Assembly: GCA_043228905.1 (NCBI GenBank)
Contig: JBHGNT010000010.1
Location: 6,386,001-6,450,000, forward strand
Direction: 5' to 3'
Source: Azolla caroliniana
Lineage: Eukaryota; Plantae; Polypodiophyta
DNA length: 64,000 nucleotides
Below are positions 35,402 through 48,041 of this stretch, one piece after another. The notes beneath the pieces are model-generated. The model was not told where the DNA came from, ran no database searches, and was given only the letters and a program-made list of their open reading frames with translations. Position 1 is the first letter of the stretch. Each line of letters starts with the position of its first letter. The translations under genes and the position numbers were made by a program.

Positions 35402-38400
35402 GGTTGTCTCGGAGTAAGAAGAGTAATGAGGTTGAGAGAGAGAGAGCTTGAAAGCTTCTGAGCAAGGGGTGCGAGAGCAAGAGAGCTTGCAGGCTACGTG
35501 CGTATGTGAGTGTTGTGCCTCTGGTTCTCTGTTTTATGTATTTGCTTTGATTTGCGAGACATGGCCTTGTACCCTAGGTTTAGAATCTTGCTTGCCATAA
35601 TAAGGTTTAAAGACAACGCGTCGAAAATTGTTTGTACTTTCTTTTCTCGTAAGTTGTGCATACTTCTTAAATACTTAAGTTAGTGGGTCTTTTTTTCTCT
35701 TTTTCATTTTTTTTTAATTCACAGAGTATATACTTTCGGGGAATAGGTGGGGTAACTACGGTGATTGAGGCGATTGCCCCCCGAGATCCTCTATCTCACC
35801 TACTGTGGGCCGATTGTGATCGTGTTGCTTACCGGCGGAAGGGTTTGGTGGGGTATGGCCGAGATACGGTTTAACTAAAACCCATTGACCCATTTTGGCA
35901 TAACATCCCCGGCTAGTGTCCTGAGCTAGAACATCCCATTAAATTTATCAGTGATCCAAAAAGGCCCTATCCATAAAAAACAGAGCTTTCCTGGCATTGA
36001 GCCAAGCCGAATTTGAAAAACTAGGACCAATTTGCTGATTACGAATGATTTCTCCGAGCCCTTCCGATCTCGGTCGATGAAGGCTTTCCGTTGCCATTGT
36101 CTATGTTCTAATTGGGGCAGACTGGTGATCTAATGTTCGCCGAGTTTGAGTAATTTTTTGAGTCGTTTCTGCTCTGACTCAGATTCGGGAATTTGTTCGG
36201 TGATTTGCACTCGTAGACTCGGGACCTGGAACTCAATAAGCAACATTGGTTCCAAACCGAAAGCCAAACGGAATGATGTGGATTTGATATTGGTTTAGAA
36301 CGTCATTCGATACGCCTAGAGTGCATTGTGAAGTTTATCATCCCAATCGGTTCGATTTTCGTTCACGATCTTCTTGAGAATGTTTTTGCAGTGTCTTATT
36401 CATGGACTTAGCTAGGTTGTTTGCTCGTTGATAGTACGACCTAGTACGGCGTGCTTTTCTTATGGACCACCACGTAGTGGGTTGTGAGATCTTGAACAAA
36501 TCGATTGAGAAAATGACCTCCTTGGTTGCTGATGAGCTCGATTGGGCAGCCAAATCGACACCATAAGTATTCGTAAACGAATTTCGCAGTAGACATGGTC
36601 GTGTTGTCATGAAGGGCCTTTGCTTTGACCCATTTGGTGCAATAATTGGTCGCGACAATGATATATTTATTTCTTGTCTGAGTTGCGACCGGTTTGAATG
36701 GGCCGACGAAATCCAGGCCCCACTTCTGGAAAGGTTCTAGCAGAAGAATCGGTTGGTGAGGCATTCGGGCTTGCTCGGTCGGCTGGTCCATGCGCTGGCA
36801 TAAATCACATTGCCTACAGAATTCGTGGGCGTCTTTTTGCGTGGTGTGCCACCATAAGTCACTTTGCCAAATTTTCTAAGCAGTGGCGTGTCCAACATAG
36901 TGTCCCCCGACTATTCCGTAATGTGCTTCTCGTAGGATAACGTCCTTTTCGAATTGCTGCACCCTTGTGGTAGAGTGTATCTGCGAAGAGGAAAAAATTT
37001 CAGCTTCAGACTGCTAACTGCTTCTTGGCATCAAGGGGCAAGTGTTGAGATAGAAGTCCCGTGCTAAGGAAGTGAATCATTTCGTTTATCCACCCATCCT
37101 CGGATTCAGCCATTTGTGTAGCAATGTCAATACTGAAAGTGTTGGCATCGGGAAGATCGTCGTATATGTTTTCGGTTGGTTTCCTCGATGCAGCCAACTT
37201 AGATAGTCTACGACTATGTGTTGTACCCCTAGCCAATGGTGTATATCAAATTTGAATTCTTGTAGAAGCAACATCCATCGTGCTAGTTGGCTGGTTAGTG
37301 ACTGCTTGGTGACTAAATACAGTAAGGCCGAGTGATCTACGTGGAACGTACCAGTTGTCTGCCAGTATAGTACACTGGCATCATTTGCATGAGAGCATTT
37401 CCGATGGCCACGTCGAGAGCGTCGACGAAAACGTGGAAAGGTTGTGACTAGTCGGGGGGTTGGACCACCGGTGTGTACGATAACATAACTTTGAGGGATT
37501 TGTAGGCTTTGTCTTCCATTTCCGTCTATCGGAAAGGTATTCGATGCACTGCCGCGTGTAACAGTGTCCCAAACTCGGCCAACTATCATAGCATTTGACT
37601 ATGCCACTTGATTTGCCCCAAAAATTGGTTGAGGGCTTTTGTTGTGGTCGGAGCCGAGAGCGCCACTAGAGACGTAAAATGCACATTTGGTGATGGTTGC
37701 GGCGTTCAATTTTCGGTAGTCGACGCAAACCTTGATTTGTCCATTTTTCTTCAATATGAGCACGATAGGGCTTAACCATATTGCCTTTTTGACTAGCCGA
37801 ATGAACCCTACCCTAAGGAGTTTGTCAATTTCCTCTTTTACTTTTGCCTCATAATTGGGATTCATTCGGTAACTTCGTTGTTGTATAGGTCGTCTATATT
37901 GCTATAGATGGATCTGGTGCTAATAGAATTGCGGTTCTAACCCCTTCACGTCGATGTACGAACATGTGAAAACATCTTGATATTCCGTGAGCAACCCGAC
38001 CAAAGCTGAGCATTCCTTGGGAGCCAGTTCTTTTGCTATTTTTAGTGTTCGTGGATCCGTGGTGGTGCCAAGATTAATCTTGTCTAGTGTTGATGCCTTC
38101 ACACGTTCAGAGATGGCAAGATCACGTTTGAACGCTTCACGTGCATATCATAATTCTTCACGTGATGCTGGGAGTCCATTAGCGGTGGACCGTCCATCCG
38201 CTCGACAAGGTGCACAGGCATAGTTGTCTGTGCTTTGCCGGTAGTTAAGGATGCCATTGTGTCCTTGAATCGTGGAAGAAGGTGCATGAACTTATTTAAG
38301 GGTGTGGATATCTAGCAGCTAGTGAGTGCCTGCCAAATGGTGTCGTTGTCTAGCGATCCGGTCGGTTGTGAGGAGGCCGACGTGCCGACAGTGATATCTT

Positions 38401-40269
38401 GCATCTCGGTCTGCATGTGGTCGACATTTGTGTTATTAGCTTTCTTGATCCATTGCTTTGCGGCCTGACGGACTTCCACTACGCGTGCTGGGTCTTGCTT
38501 CGTGTCGTGACTAGTTGGACTTCGTCCATAATGATATTGATTGTGGGTCCTTTGCCGAACACTCTGTAGCATAATGCCCTAGCTGATTTACAGTTAAAGC
38601 ACATTACCGGTGCCAAGTTTCTCGACTCCCGTTGCTTGAATTGAGATGGTTGATACAGTCAAGAATTTTCCTCTCTAGCCGGCGATGCATATTGTTGTGT
38701 CTGGTGGGGGTCTTCCCAAGGCTCGATGTGGGGAGGTGGTCGTTGATGATCTGGACGTGGGGGGTCCCGTTGTCTGTTATCCAGATTTTGTTGATTATTG
38801 CCCGATTTCTGTGGACCTCGATTATTATGGGGAGGCCGCTGATCGTGCCGTTGATAACTAGATTCATGATCGTTGTCCCAATCGTAGTCGTATAGGTAGT
38901 AGTCATCGGCTAGGCGATAACGGTCTTCTCTATATCTATATCGATCATCCTCAAGTCAAGGCCTATTGTCTAGCCGGTAACGCTCTTCCTCGGGTTGATA
39001 CCAATTATCCCGACGATAGTGATCCTCATACCAAGGCCGCTCGGCATCTCGATTCCGGGGTGGTGGACGATCATCCTACCGAAGACGATTGTTGCAGGGC
39101 TCAATTTGGTGTATGGGAATGGTAGTAGTGCAATTAAGCATATTATATTCACACTACTCTACCGTATGCACCTGGGAATGGTTGATCGGGCAATGTGGTC
39201 GAAAAGGGAAATCCATGGTCAAGTGGCAGGAATTGAAGCATGTTGTACAATGGAGAGCTTGCGAAATTGGGTTTCTTCATGGGTCAAAAAGGCGTTCTGG
39301 AGTGTCCCCATCGAAAAAGAGGTACTATGCTGAGTTCTGTTGACAACAAGGACATGGGCGACCACCTGCTCGATTGTCTACTATGAGAAGTCGGTTAAGG
39401 CTAGAGTCATGTGCAGAGTGACAGGAACTGCAAAACTCTCTATATGCAACGCTCGGCCACAACCGAGCTTAAAATCATACACAGAAAACGGGAGATAAAT
39501 GCACAACACAATGAAGAGAAGAGTACACTGGATGTTTACGTGGAAAACCCAAACTAGGGAAAAACCACGGCAGCCCACAGGCTGCAAACTATCACTATGT
39601 TAGAATGTACAACAGTGAGTTCACGGAGGCAACGACCTCGTGCTCACGATCTTCGCCACAGGCGGCAGTTTCAACAAAGGCAACGACCTCTTTCTCTCTC
39701 TCTCTCTCTCTCTGTACACGGGTACACACACTCTCTCTTCTCGCACCAACAAGAATAACAACAACCTCTAAAAGTTTGCCCTAAGTCATATTTATACTAA
39801 TATGACTTTTCGAAATTTACAAATATAGCCATGATGGTGTCATGATATGGCAAGACTCGAACCCATGACCTTATACTACATGGGTCGAGCTCTTGACCAT
39901 TAAACTATACATTGTAATACATAAAATATTATTTTCATTTATGTTTTATTATAGAAAATTGATGTATATTCCAGATTTCTCTGGAACATTCTAGAAACTT
40001 CAGGAGTATTCCTTAGAACACTATAAAAGGAGGCACAAGGCATTATTTCGAACCAAATCGGTTCAACGCCAGTCTTGAGCCTCCTAGCTACTGTACATTT
40101 TCTTCACATAACATATATCTTTTCTTATCATCACTCTCTCTCTCTCTCGATCTCTCTCTCCCTCCCTCTCACTCACTCTTTCCTTCTCTCGAGAGTTCTT
40201 CACCTCTCTTAGTACTAATACTTCTTTTAGTACTAAGTCCTTCTCTGTCTTAGTACTGTTCCTAACAGT

Positions 40270-40281
40270 TTGAACCGATTT
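40270..40281 (+). promoter_or_regulatory. Self-priming (non-tRNA) primer-binding site
   Basis: TTGAACCGATTT is the exact reverse complement of AAATCGGTTCAA at 40055-40066, which begins 33 nt after the start of the LTR TATA box. Confidence 0.8.
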
Positions 40282-40340
40282 TTCTACCTTCTGTCTCTCT
40301 CATTTCCTACTAATCTCTTATTCCTCTTTTCTTTCATCCC

Positions 40341-41075
40341 ATGGCCACTGTTAGCGCTGAAGAATATCAATCTGTTTTCTCGGAATTTCAATGCTTGAAA
40401 GAGAAGTTCCATGCTTTGGAACAAGAAAACCAACGGTTGCTGGGGGATCTTCAGCAAATCTCCTTAAAAAAGCAGCAAACACAACAACAACATGGGGAAC
40501 TTGCATTACGCGTGCAACAACTCGAAGCAACCATCGTAGCGATGCAACAACAAGGGACCAGAACACAAGGGATTCATAAAGAACCCAAGATTGGCCTTCC
40601 CACGAAGTTCGATGGAACGCGATCGCAGTTTAGAGGGTTCCTTAACCAGGTACGATTAGTTATTCAAATGCATCCTTCCCGGTATCCCATCGATGCATCA
40701 CGAGTGGGTTTAGTAGGCACTTTGTTAAGTGGCTCAGCATTGGCATGGTTCGCTCCACTATTAGAAAAGGAATCCCCGTTACTCAACAATTTTGAAGAGT
40801 TTCTAGGTGAGTTTAAAGCATGTTTCGGAGATACTGACAGCATCATGACCGCAATCTACAAAATTCGGCGATTACGCCAAGGTGACCATCCAGCCTCCGC
40901 ATATGCTGCAGATTTTCGTCTACTCGCCGCCGATATCCCTTGGGATGATCAAGCGTTGATGGAGCAATTCCGTTATGGTTTACGCAACGACGTCAAGGAT
41001 TTACTCTTGACCTTCCCCGAAGAGCCAAAGTCCTTAACAGAAGTAATCAGTTGCGTAAAGAAGGTCAACTCATAA
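40341..41075 (+). pseudogene. gag: Truncated Gag (knuckle, frameshift site and protease deleted)
   Basis: Near-identical to 18783-19934 up to KSLTEVIS, then jumps to the pre-RT region. Confidence 0.93.
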
Positions 41076-41076
41076 G

Positions 41077-43290
41077 ATGGCAACCATTTCGCTACGTCAG
41101 TTGCGTAAAGAAGGGCACAAGGAGGAAATGTTCCTTTTTCCAATATCAGTAAACCCCTCCAGCATCACTAAAGAAGGATCCACCGTTCAACTTCCCGAGA
41201 AGTATCGTCATTACGCCGATGTGTTCGATAAAGTACAAGCCAACACACTTCCTCATCATCGACCGTACGATTGCCCCATCGATTTACAACCGGGAAAAGA
41301 GCCGCCATGGGGACCGATCTACAATTTGTCACCAACCGAGCTGGAAGTCCTTCGGGCCTATATAGAGGAGAATTTGGAAAATGGTTTCATCCAGCATTCG
41401 AAATTTCCAGCCGGCGTGCCCATTTTCTTCGTCAAGAAAAAGGATGGATCGCTTCGTCTTATTGTAGATTATCGTGGCCTGAATAAATCAGGAATAGGTA
41501 TGCTCTTCCCCTTATCTCAAGTCTTTTAGAACGGATCAATGGTGCCAGGTTCTTCACGAAGATCGACTTACGGGGAGCATATAACCTCGTACGGATCCGA
41601 CCAGGAGACGAATGGAAGACCGCGTTTCGCACCAGATATGAGCACTTCGAGTATACGGTCATGCCGTTCGGCCTCACTAATGCACCGGCAGTCTTCCGGC
41701 ACATGGCTAATGATATATTCCGAGATCTTTTGGATGATTGTTTGATCATCTATTTGGATGATCTACTGGTTTATTCAAAGACCCAAGAAGAACATGATTC
41801 TCATGTACTATTAGTACTAAAACGACTTCGAGAACATGGTCTGTATGCAAAGCTGGAAAAATGTAGTTTCGGGTGCAACCAAGTGGAATTTCTCAGCTAC
41901 ATCATTTCGTCAGAAGGCATCTCCATGGACCCAACTAAGGTCAAAACGGTGGTAGAATGGCAGACTCCACGTTCGGTGCAAGATGTGCAATGCTTCCTAG
42001 GCTTTGCCAATTTTTACCGGAAGTTCATAAAAGATTACTCAAAGATCATTCTACCTCTCACACAACTTACCAGGAAGGGACAACCGTTCATTTGGTCTGA
42101 AGAAACGGACGTGGCTTTCGAGAGTCTTAAAAAGGCATTTACATCGGCTCCAATTCTAGCTCATGTCGATCCGGAAAAACCATTTATTATCGAAGCTGAC
42201 GCATCGGATTTTGCATTGGGGAGCATTCTGTCACAACAGGGGAATGATGAGAAGCTACATCCTGTGGCTTTTCACTCACGCAAGTTTGACGCCGCCGAAA
42301 TCAACTACGAAATTCATGATAAGGAGCTATTGGCAATAGTGGATTCTTTTATGCAATGGAGGCATTTTCTGGAGGGATCCTCTCATCCGGTCACCGTATT
42401 TAGTGACCACAAGAACCTTGCCTACTTTCAGGATGCTCGTGTGTTGAATCGACGTCAAGCTCGGTGGGCCCACTTCCTCACGAGTTTTGACTTCAAAATT
42501 ACATATCGTCCAGGGAAGCACCAAGGGAAGGCAGATGCATTATCACGGCGTTCGTATCTAGCACCCCGTCCCGGCGAGCTTGCTTTCGATAACCAAAAAC
42601 AAGTCATCTTGGGACCGGCACGACTACAAGAAACAAAGATCTTTGACATGCCCATGGATTCCCGCATTATCGATACCATACGCGAAGACTTGAAGATAGA
42701 TGCATTCGCCCAAGCTATACTAGCACAAATTGATCCCTCTCGAGTGTCGTGTTCACAGTCGCAACCACCAGGTACGGACTATCGGCAATTCAAATACCAT
42801 GATGGAATACTCTTCTTTAAAGAACTTTTGTATGTTCTTAATGGTTCTTGCCACCTTCAAATAGTACAAAACTGTCATGACAAATATACAACTGGGCATT
42901 TTGGTAGTACTAAAACAATACATTTAGTACAACGATCATTCTAGTGGTCCTGTATGTGATAATTTGTCGAGGATTTTGTTCGGACTTGTGATACATGCTG
43001 CAGAGCGAAAATGCCAAGGCATCATCCATATGGTTTATTAGAACCATTACCAATTCCAAGCAAGCCGTGGAATCCATTGCTCTAGACTTCATCACAGATC
43101 TTCCAGTCTCTAAGGGGTTCAATGTGATTCTAACGGTGGTCGATCGATATATGAAGATGGCTCATTTCTTGCCATGTACTAAGGAGATCTCCAGTGAAGA
43201 CACTGCCGAAATTGTCATGCGTGAAGTATGTCAGCATCATGGACTTCCCGATAGTATCATCAGCGACTGTGGACCCCAGTTCGTGTCAAA
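41077..43290 (+). pseudogene. pol: RT, RNase H and integrase N-terminus, frameshifted
   Basis: ORFs 41077-41529 and 41661-42944 (YLDD, EADASD, EINYEIHDKELLAI), followed by ALDFITDLP. Confidence 0.93.
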
Positions 43291-43983
43291 AGTTGGATTA
43301 TCAACGACTCGCTCCTTTCCGTATTACGGGTAAGGTTAATGATGTCACATTCCGCCTTGATCTCCCTCCGCAGCTTCAGATACATCCAGTTTTCCATTGT
43401 TCTCTTCTTGAACCTTATAAAGCCAACACCATTCCCGATCGTGTTACACCACCACCGCCCCCACTTGAGTTGGACGCCGGCCCGGAGTATGAAGTTGCTG
43501 CCATCCTCGATTCCAAACTTATTCACAACAAACTTTATTATTTGGTCGATTGGCTTGGTTATAGTCCGAGCGAACGCACTTGGGAGCCCGTCGAGCATGT
43601 TGTCAATGCTCAAGATATGCTTGCTGATTTCCATTAGAAGGTTCTAGGTCATTCTAGAATGTAGAGTAATATAGAATATTCCTAATATATTAGATTATAT
43701 ATTCTAAAAGTTATACATATAAGAATATTAATATAATGGTTAAGGATTTGACACGTGTATAACAAGGTCATGGGTTCAAATCCTTTCATGGCATGATGTG
43801 AGTGTCATCATGACAGACGGAGACACACCACAAGGAGTATGGACCAGTAAAGATGTGTCTTACCGGCATCTAAAGGTGTTCGATTGTCTCGCCTATGTGT
43901 ATGTAGCAAAGGACAGGAGAGAAAAGTTGAATCCAATGTCCCGGCCTTGGATATGGTGAGGATGAGTCCTTGTATCTTCTGAC

Positions 43984-45038
43984 CGAGATGAAAAGCAACA
44001 TCATTAATCTTTCCGATAATACGGAAAGGACCTAATCGCCGATAATCCAACTTCTCTCATGGGCGAGTAGTCTTGATGTGTCGTCGGAGTAGCCATACCC
44101 GATCTCCAATGTTAAAACTAGATGGGAGTCGATGACGATCCGCATAAACCTTGTGTGTTTGTTGAGCTTGTTGGAGATGAGTAGATAAATCCGCTTGTAT
44201 CCTGCGTAACCTCTCCAAACGATCCTCTGCGCAAGGATTTGTGGACACCTCTAGGGTTTCAAGTACACACCACCGTGGGTGACATCCCGTATAAGCATAA
44301 AATGGCGTAACTTTCGTGGATGCGTGGATAGAGTTGTTATAGGCAAATTCGGCGAAGTGGAGAATATCTGCCCAGTCATCCTGATGATAGCTGAGGAAGC
44401 ACCGCAGATACTGCTCCAGCGTTTGATTGGTTTGTTCGGCTTGGCTGTCGGTTTGTGGGTGGTAGCCGGAGGAGAGGTTACAAGTGACCTTGAGCATGTT
44501 AAAAAGGTAAGCACCGCAGATACTGCTCCAGCGTTTGATTGGTTCATTCGGCTTGGCCGTCGGTTTGTGGGTGGTAGCCGGAGGAGAGGTTACAAGTGAC
44601 CTTGAGCATGTTAAAAAGGTGCTTCCTCAGCTATCATCAGGATGACTGGGCAGATATTCTCCACTTCGCCGAATTTGCCTATAACAACTCTATCCACGCA
44701 TCCACGAAAGTTACGCCATTTTATGCTTATAGGGGATGTCACCCACGGTGGTGTGTACTTGAAACCCCAGAGGTGTCCACAAATCCTTGCGCAGAGGATC
44801 GTTTGGAGAGGTTACGCAAGATACAAGCGGATTTATCTACTCATCTCCAACAAGCTCAACAAACACACAAGGTTTATGCGGATCGTCATCGACTCCCATC
44901 TAGTTTTAACATTGGAGATCGGGTATGGCTACTCCGACGACACATCAAGACTACTCGCCCATGCGAGAAGTTGGATTATCGGCGATTAGGTCCTTTCCGT
45001 ATTATCGGAAAGATTAATGATGTCGCTTTTCGTCTTGA
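43984..45038. repeat. Long inverted repeat, arms 43984-44404 and 44618-45038; the spacer holds a ~110-bp tandem duplication
   Basis: The same integrase peptide (RCFLSYHQDDWADILHFAEFAYNN...) is encoded on both strands (ORFs 44057-44497 - and 44596-45129 +). Confidence 0.93.
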
Positions 45039-47395
45039 TCTACCTCCACAACTTCGGATACATCCGGTGTTTCATAGTTCTCTCCTCAAACCCTATCAAG
45101 AAAGCACCATCACAGGACGTATTACATAGCCTCCACCCCCGATCGAGCTTGAAGATGGACCTGAGTACGAGGTTGCCGCCATCCTTGATTCCAAGCTTGT
45201 TCGCAACAAGCTCTACTATCTAGTCGACTGGCTAGGTTATAGTCCCAGCGAGCGTACTTGGGAACCGATAGAGAATGTCACCAATGCTCGTGCTCTTCTT
45301 GAAGACTTCCATCGTCAATATCTAGACAAACCGGGTCCTCAATCCAAAATGACTCGTTACACTCGTCGTTTTAAAGGGGGGATAGTGTCATGATATGGCA
45401 AGACTCGAACCCATGACCTTATACTACATGGGTCGAGCTCTTGACCATTAGACTATACATTGTAATACATAAAATATTATTTTCATTTATGTTTTATTAT
45501 AGAAAATTGATGTATATTCCAGATTTCTCTGGAAATTCTAGAAACTTCAGGAGTATTCCTTAGAACACTATAAAAGGAGGCACAAGGCATTATTTCGAAC
45601 CAAATTGGTTCAACGCCAGTCTTGAGCCTCCTAGCTACTGTACATTTTCTTCACATAATATATATCTTTTCTTATCATCACTCTCTCTCGATCTCTTGAT
45701 CTCTCTCTCCCTCCCTCTCACTCACTCTTTCCTTCTCTCGAGAGTTCTTCACCTCTCTTAGTACTAATACTTCTTTTAGTACTAAGTCCTTCTCTGTCTT
45801 AGTACTGTTCCTGATAGATGGACTCTCAGAAACATATTTACGAATATGTCTCTTCATCCGGTGAGCACTCCTCACCGGGTCTGCACCATCCAGCTCTCCG
45901 TAGCCGGGTACTCCTCATCCGGTTCTCACCGGGTCTGCACCATCCGGCTCTCCGTAGCCGGGCCTCGGCCGAGTTTGTTCATCAGCACTGTTCTTCTCCC
46001 TTCCCATCCGGAGGGACCTGTCTCCCAACACAGAGGTTCCCGTAGTCCGACTAGAAAGGTGTCTTTGAGATGGTTTGCAGACACATCTTGAGAGAGTTGC
46101 CGATATAGATCCTGGAAGCAGATCGTGAACTGTGAAACCGTCTCATGCGGTTCTTGTGCAATAGTGTAGAACTAGCGGAGCATTCCCGCTTAGGTATCTC
46201 GCGATGAAAAAGTTTGAGGAATCACATGCGAACTTCCTAAAACATCTCAAATTCCCCAGGATCGTGGTGGGAATACCACCGTGCAGTGGGTCGATCAAGG
46301 GACAGTATGAACTCCCGATTTTTTATGTCTCAACCTCCACAATGGTGAGACGCTTTGGCGAATGGTTGGCTTGCCAAGTTGACTCAAAAGAGTGGATGTG
46401 TGATTCAGCATCGAGACCATCCGTATAACAAGGATACAGGTACGGCATAGTGTCCTAGTCTGGGTCTTTAGGTAATGCCGAAAATGGGTTGGGACAAGGA
46501 CCACGTTACACTAAGTTTCTGGTGTCGGTGGTAGCGAGGGGTGTGACTCAGATAGCTTGGGGAATGATTGTTGCATGAGCATGGAGTTAGAAGTGCCCTC
46601 GGCTGGCTCAGCGCGGTGGGATGGTTGTTGAGAATGTGTGATGCGGTTGGGTGCCGTAATGGCGGCTGGGGTGTCCTCCTACATTATTTGCTCTGACCTC
46701 ACATCGTGAACCGGGCCTGCCAAATTGTGTTAATAATCTCCTTCTCGGGGATACAACTTCGATTACTCCCTTGAGTAATCGGGTCAAAGGATCGTGGTTA
46801 CAAAGGATGGTACGATAGGGCCAAGTAGGACGATCAGTTATACAATAACCGGCCACAACCCGTATTCTACTTAGACTTAAGAGTAGTTGAATCGACATTG
46901 CAGATTACAAAGTAGACACAGAGATGACCCAATAAGCATGTGTATTGATTACAAGGCAACATTGGCCGATTATATTATTCACTCTCTCTCTCTTATAACT
47001 TAACATATGCATATATACTCGCACCCCCTTCCTTCACCTGTTCCACGATTTATATAGCATGTTCTGTCCTTGGCGTGCTTCAACTACTTCCCTTAATTCA
47101 TGGCCTTTAATCTCGGTTGCACCTATTTCGTTTTACCTTCCTCAACTACTAGTGCTTGGTCGGTTCCTTTTTACCTAATTGACCTATTCGTCTCTTTAGA
47201 TTCATTTCACACCTCTTGCCCTTTATGCCATGTGTAACACATGAAAAAAATACAACATTGAAACTCAAACTATCATATGATGAGACCAAAAACTATATTA
47301 AATTGAAAAATAGATTAACAAGAAAACGAAAATAAGAATAAAATAATTTGCATTATAAACAAGGACAAGATTTGTAGGAACGCACCAAAGACTAG

Positions 47396-47891
47396 TGTTG
47401 AACCAAAATGGATCAGACAATATGTTGCTTCTTCTATACATAATGCATCATCATATTATGCATAGACTCCAGTTACCTATCATGCACACATGTCATATGG
47501 TGATTGTTGAGCGGCAAGCTCAATTGGAGCCGGATCGGCTGAATAAGCCTGAGCCGGTGAGCGAGATGAATCGGTGAGCTGGTGAGCTAGGGAGCCGGTT
47601 AGCCGGATCCATCAGTAACCGAAATCAGCTAAACTACTAGGGAGTTATTACTCTCGTAGTTAGTGTCAGACACTCAAGTGAGCATTGAAGTACACTGTAC
47701 TTCTGTCAGTCCGTATGGACTTGTATGAAAGTGTTCGCTGAACACATACTATGTACAGAGTGTTGATATAATTTTTGAATAGTGATTCTCTTTCTGCTCT
47801 CTCTGTCTCTCCCGCGTACTGTTAACCTCTCCATTAAACATGTTCTTTGTTTTCTGTTTTCTATTGCTTCCGCACGCTATTTGTTTTTACA
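47396..47891 (+). mobile_element. Copia-type solo or truncated LTR related to 56268-56629
   Basis: TGTTGAAC...TTTTACA. Shares GAGCATTGAAGTACA..TACTTCTGTCAGTCC and GCTTCCGCACG. No TSD seen. Confidence 0.75.
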
Positions 47892-48041
47892 GTGATTATA
47901 GAAAACTAAGAGGTGTTGTGGTAATTATCATCCAAGAAGTTACAATACTTGAATATGTGCAATACTATATGTTAAAGGGTACAAATATTATGTCCACGAA
48001 TATGCTCATGCATTTGAGTTCCCCCAAAAGCTAGGACACGT

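Larger units (their letters stand above)
39838..45816 (+). mobile_element. Tcn1-like chromovirus (family A, copy 2), internally rearranged
   Basis: LTRs at 39838-40267 and 45386-45816. TSD GATGG at 39833-39837 and 45817-45821. PPT AAAGGGGGGATAG at 45373-45385. Highly similar to 14817-20437. Confidence 0.96.
39419..46030 (-). mobile_element. Copia-type solo LTR (~625 bp: 39419-39837 plus 45822-46030) in gag of element C, split by chromovirus copy 2
   Basis: TGACAGG...CCCAACA. Perfect TSD CAGAG at 39414-39418 and 46031-46035. TTTACGTGGAAAACCC...GGGAAAAACCACGG motif. Homologous to the copia 3' LTR at 60700-60941. Confidence 0.88.
31081..47239 (-). mobile_element. Non-chromoviral Ty3/gypsy element C, hosting nested insertions
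   Basis: LTRs at 31081-31604 and 46728-47239. TSD CCTGA/CATGA. PBS at 46710-46722. gag at 46031-46560 and 38300-39413. pol at 35830-38300 with the PR and RT cores deleted; INT FQKWGLDFVGP. Extra ORF downstream of INT. Confidence 0.92.

Noticed and set aside
20008-40267. Inversion between the two oppositely oriented family-A copies
   Set aside because: Each copy keeps its own matching TSD (ACTTC and GATGG), so no exchange has occurred.
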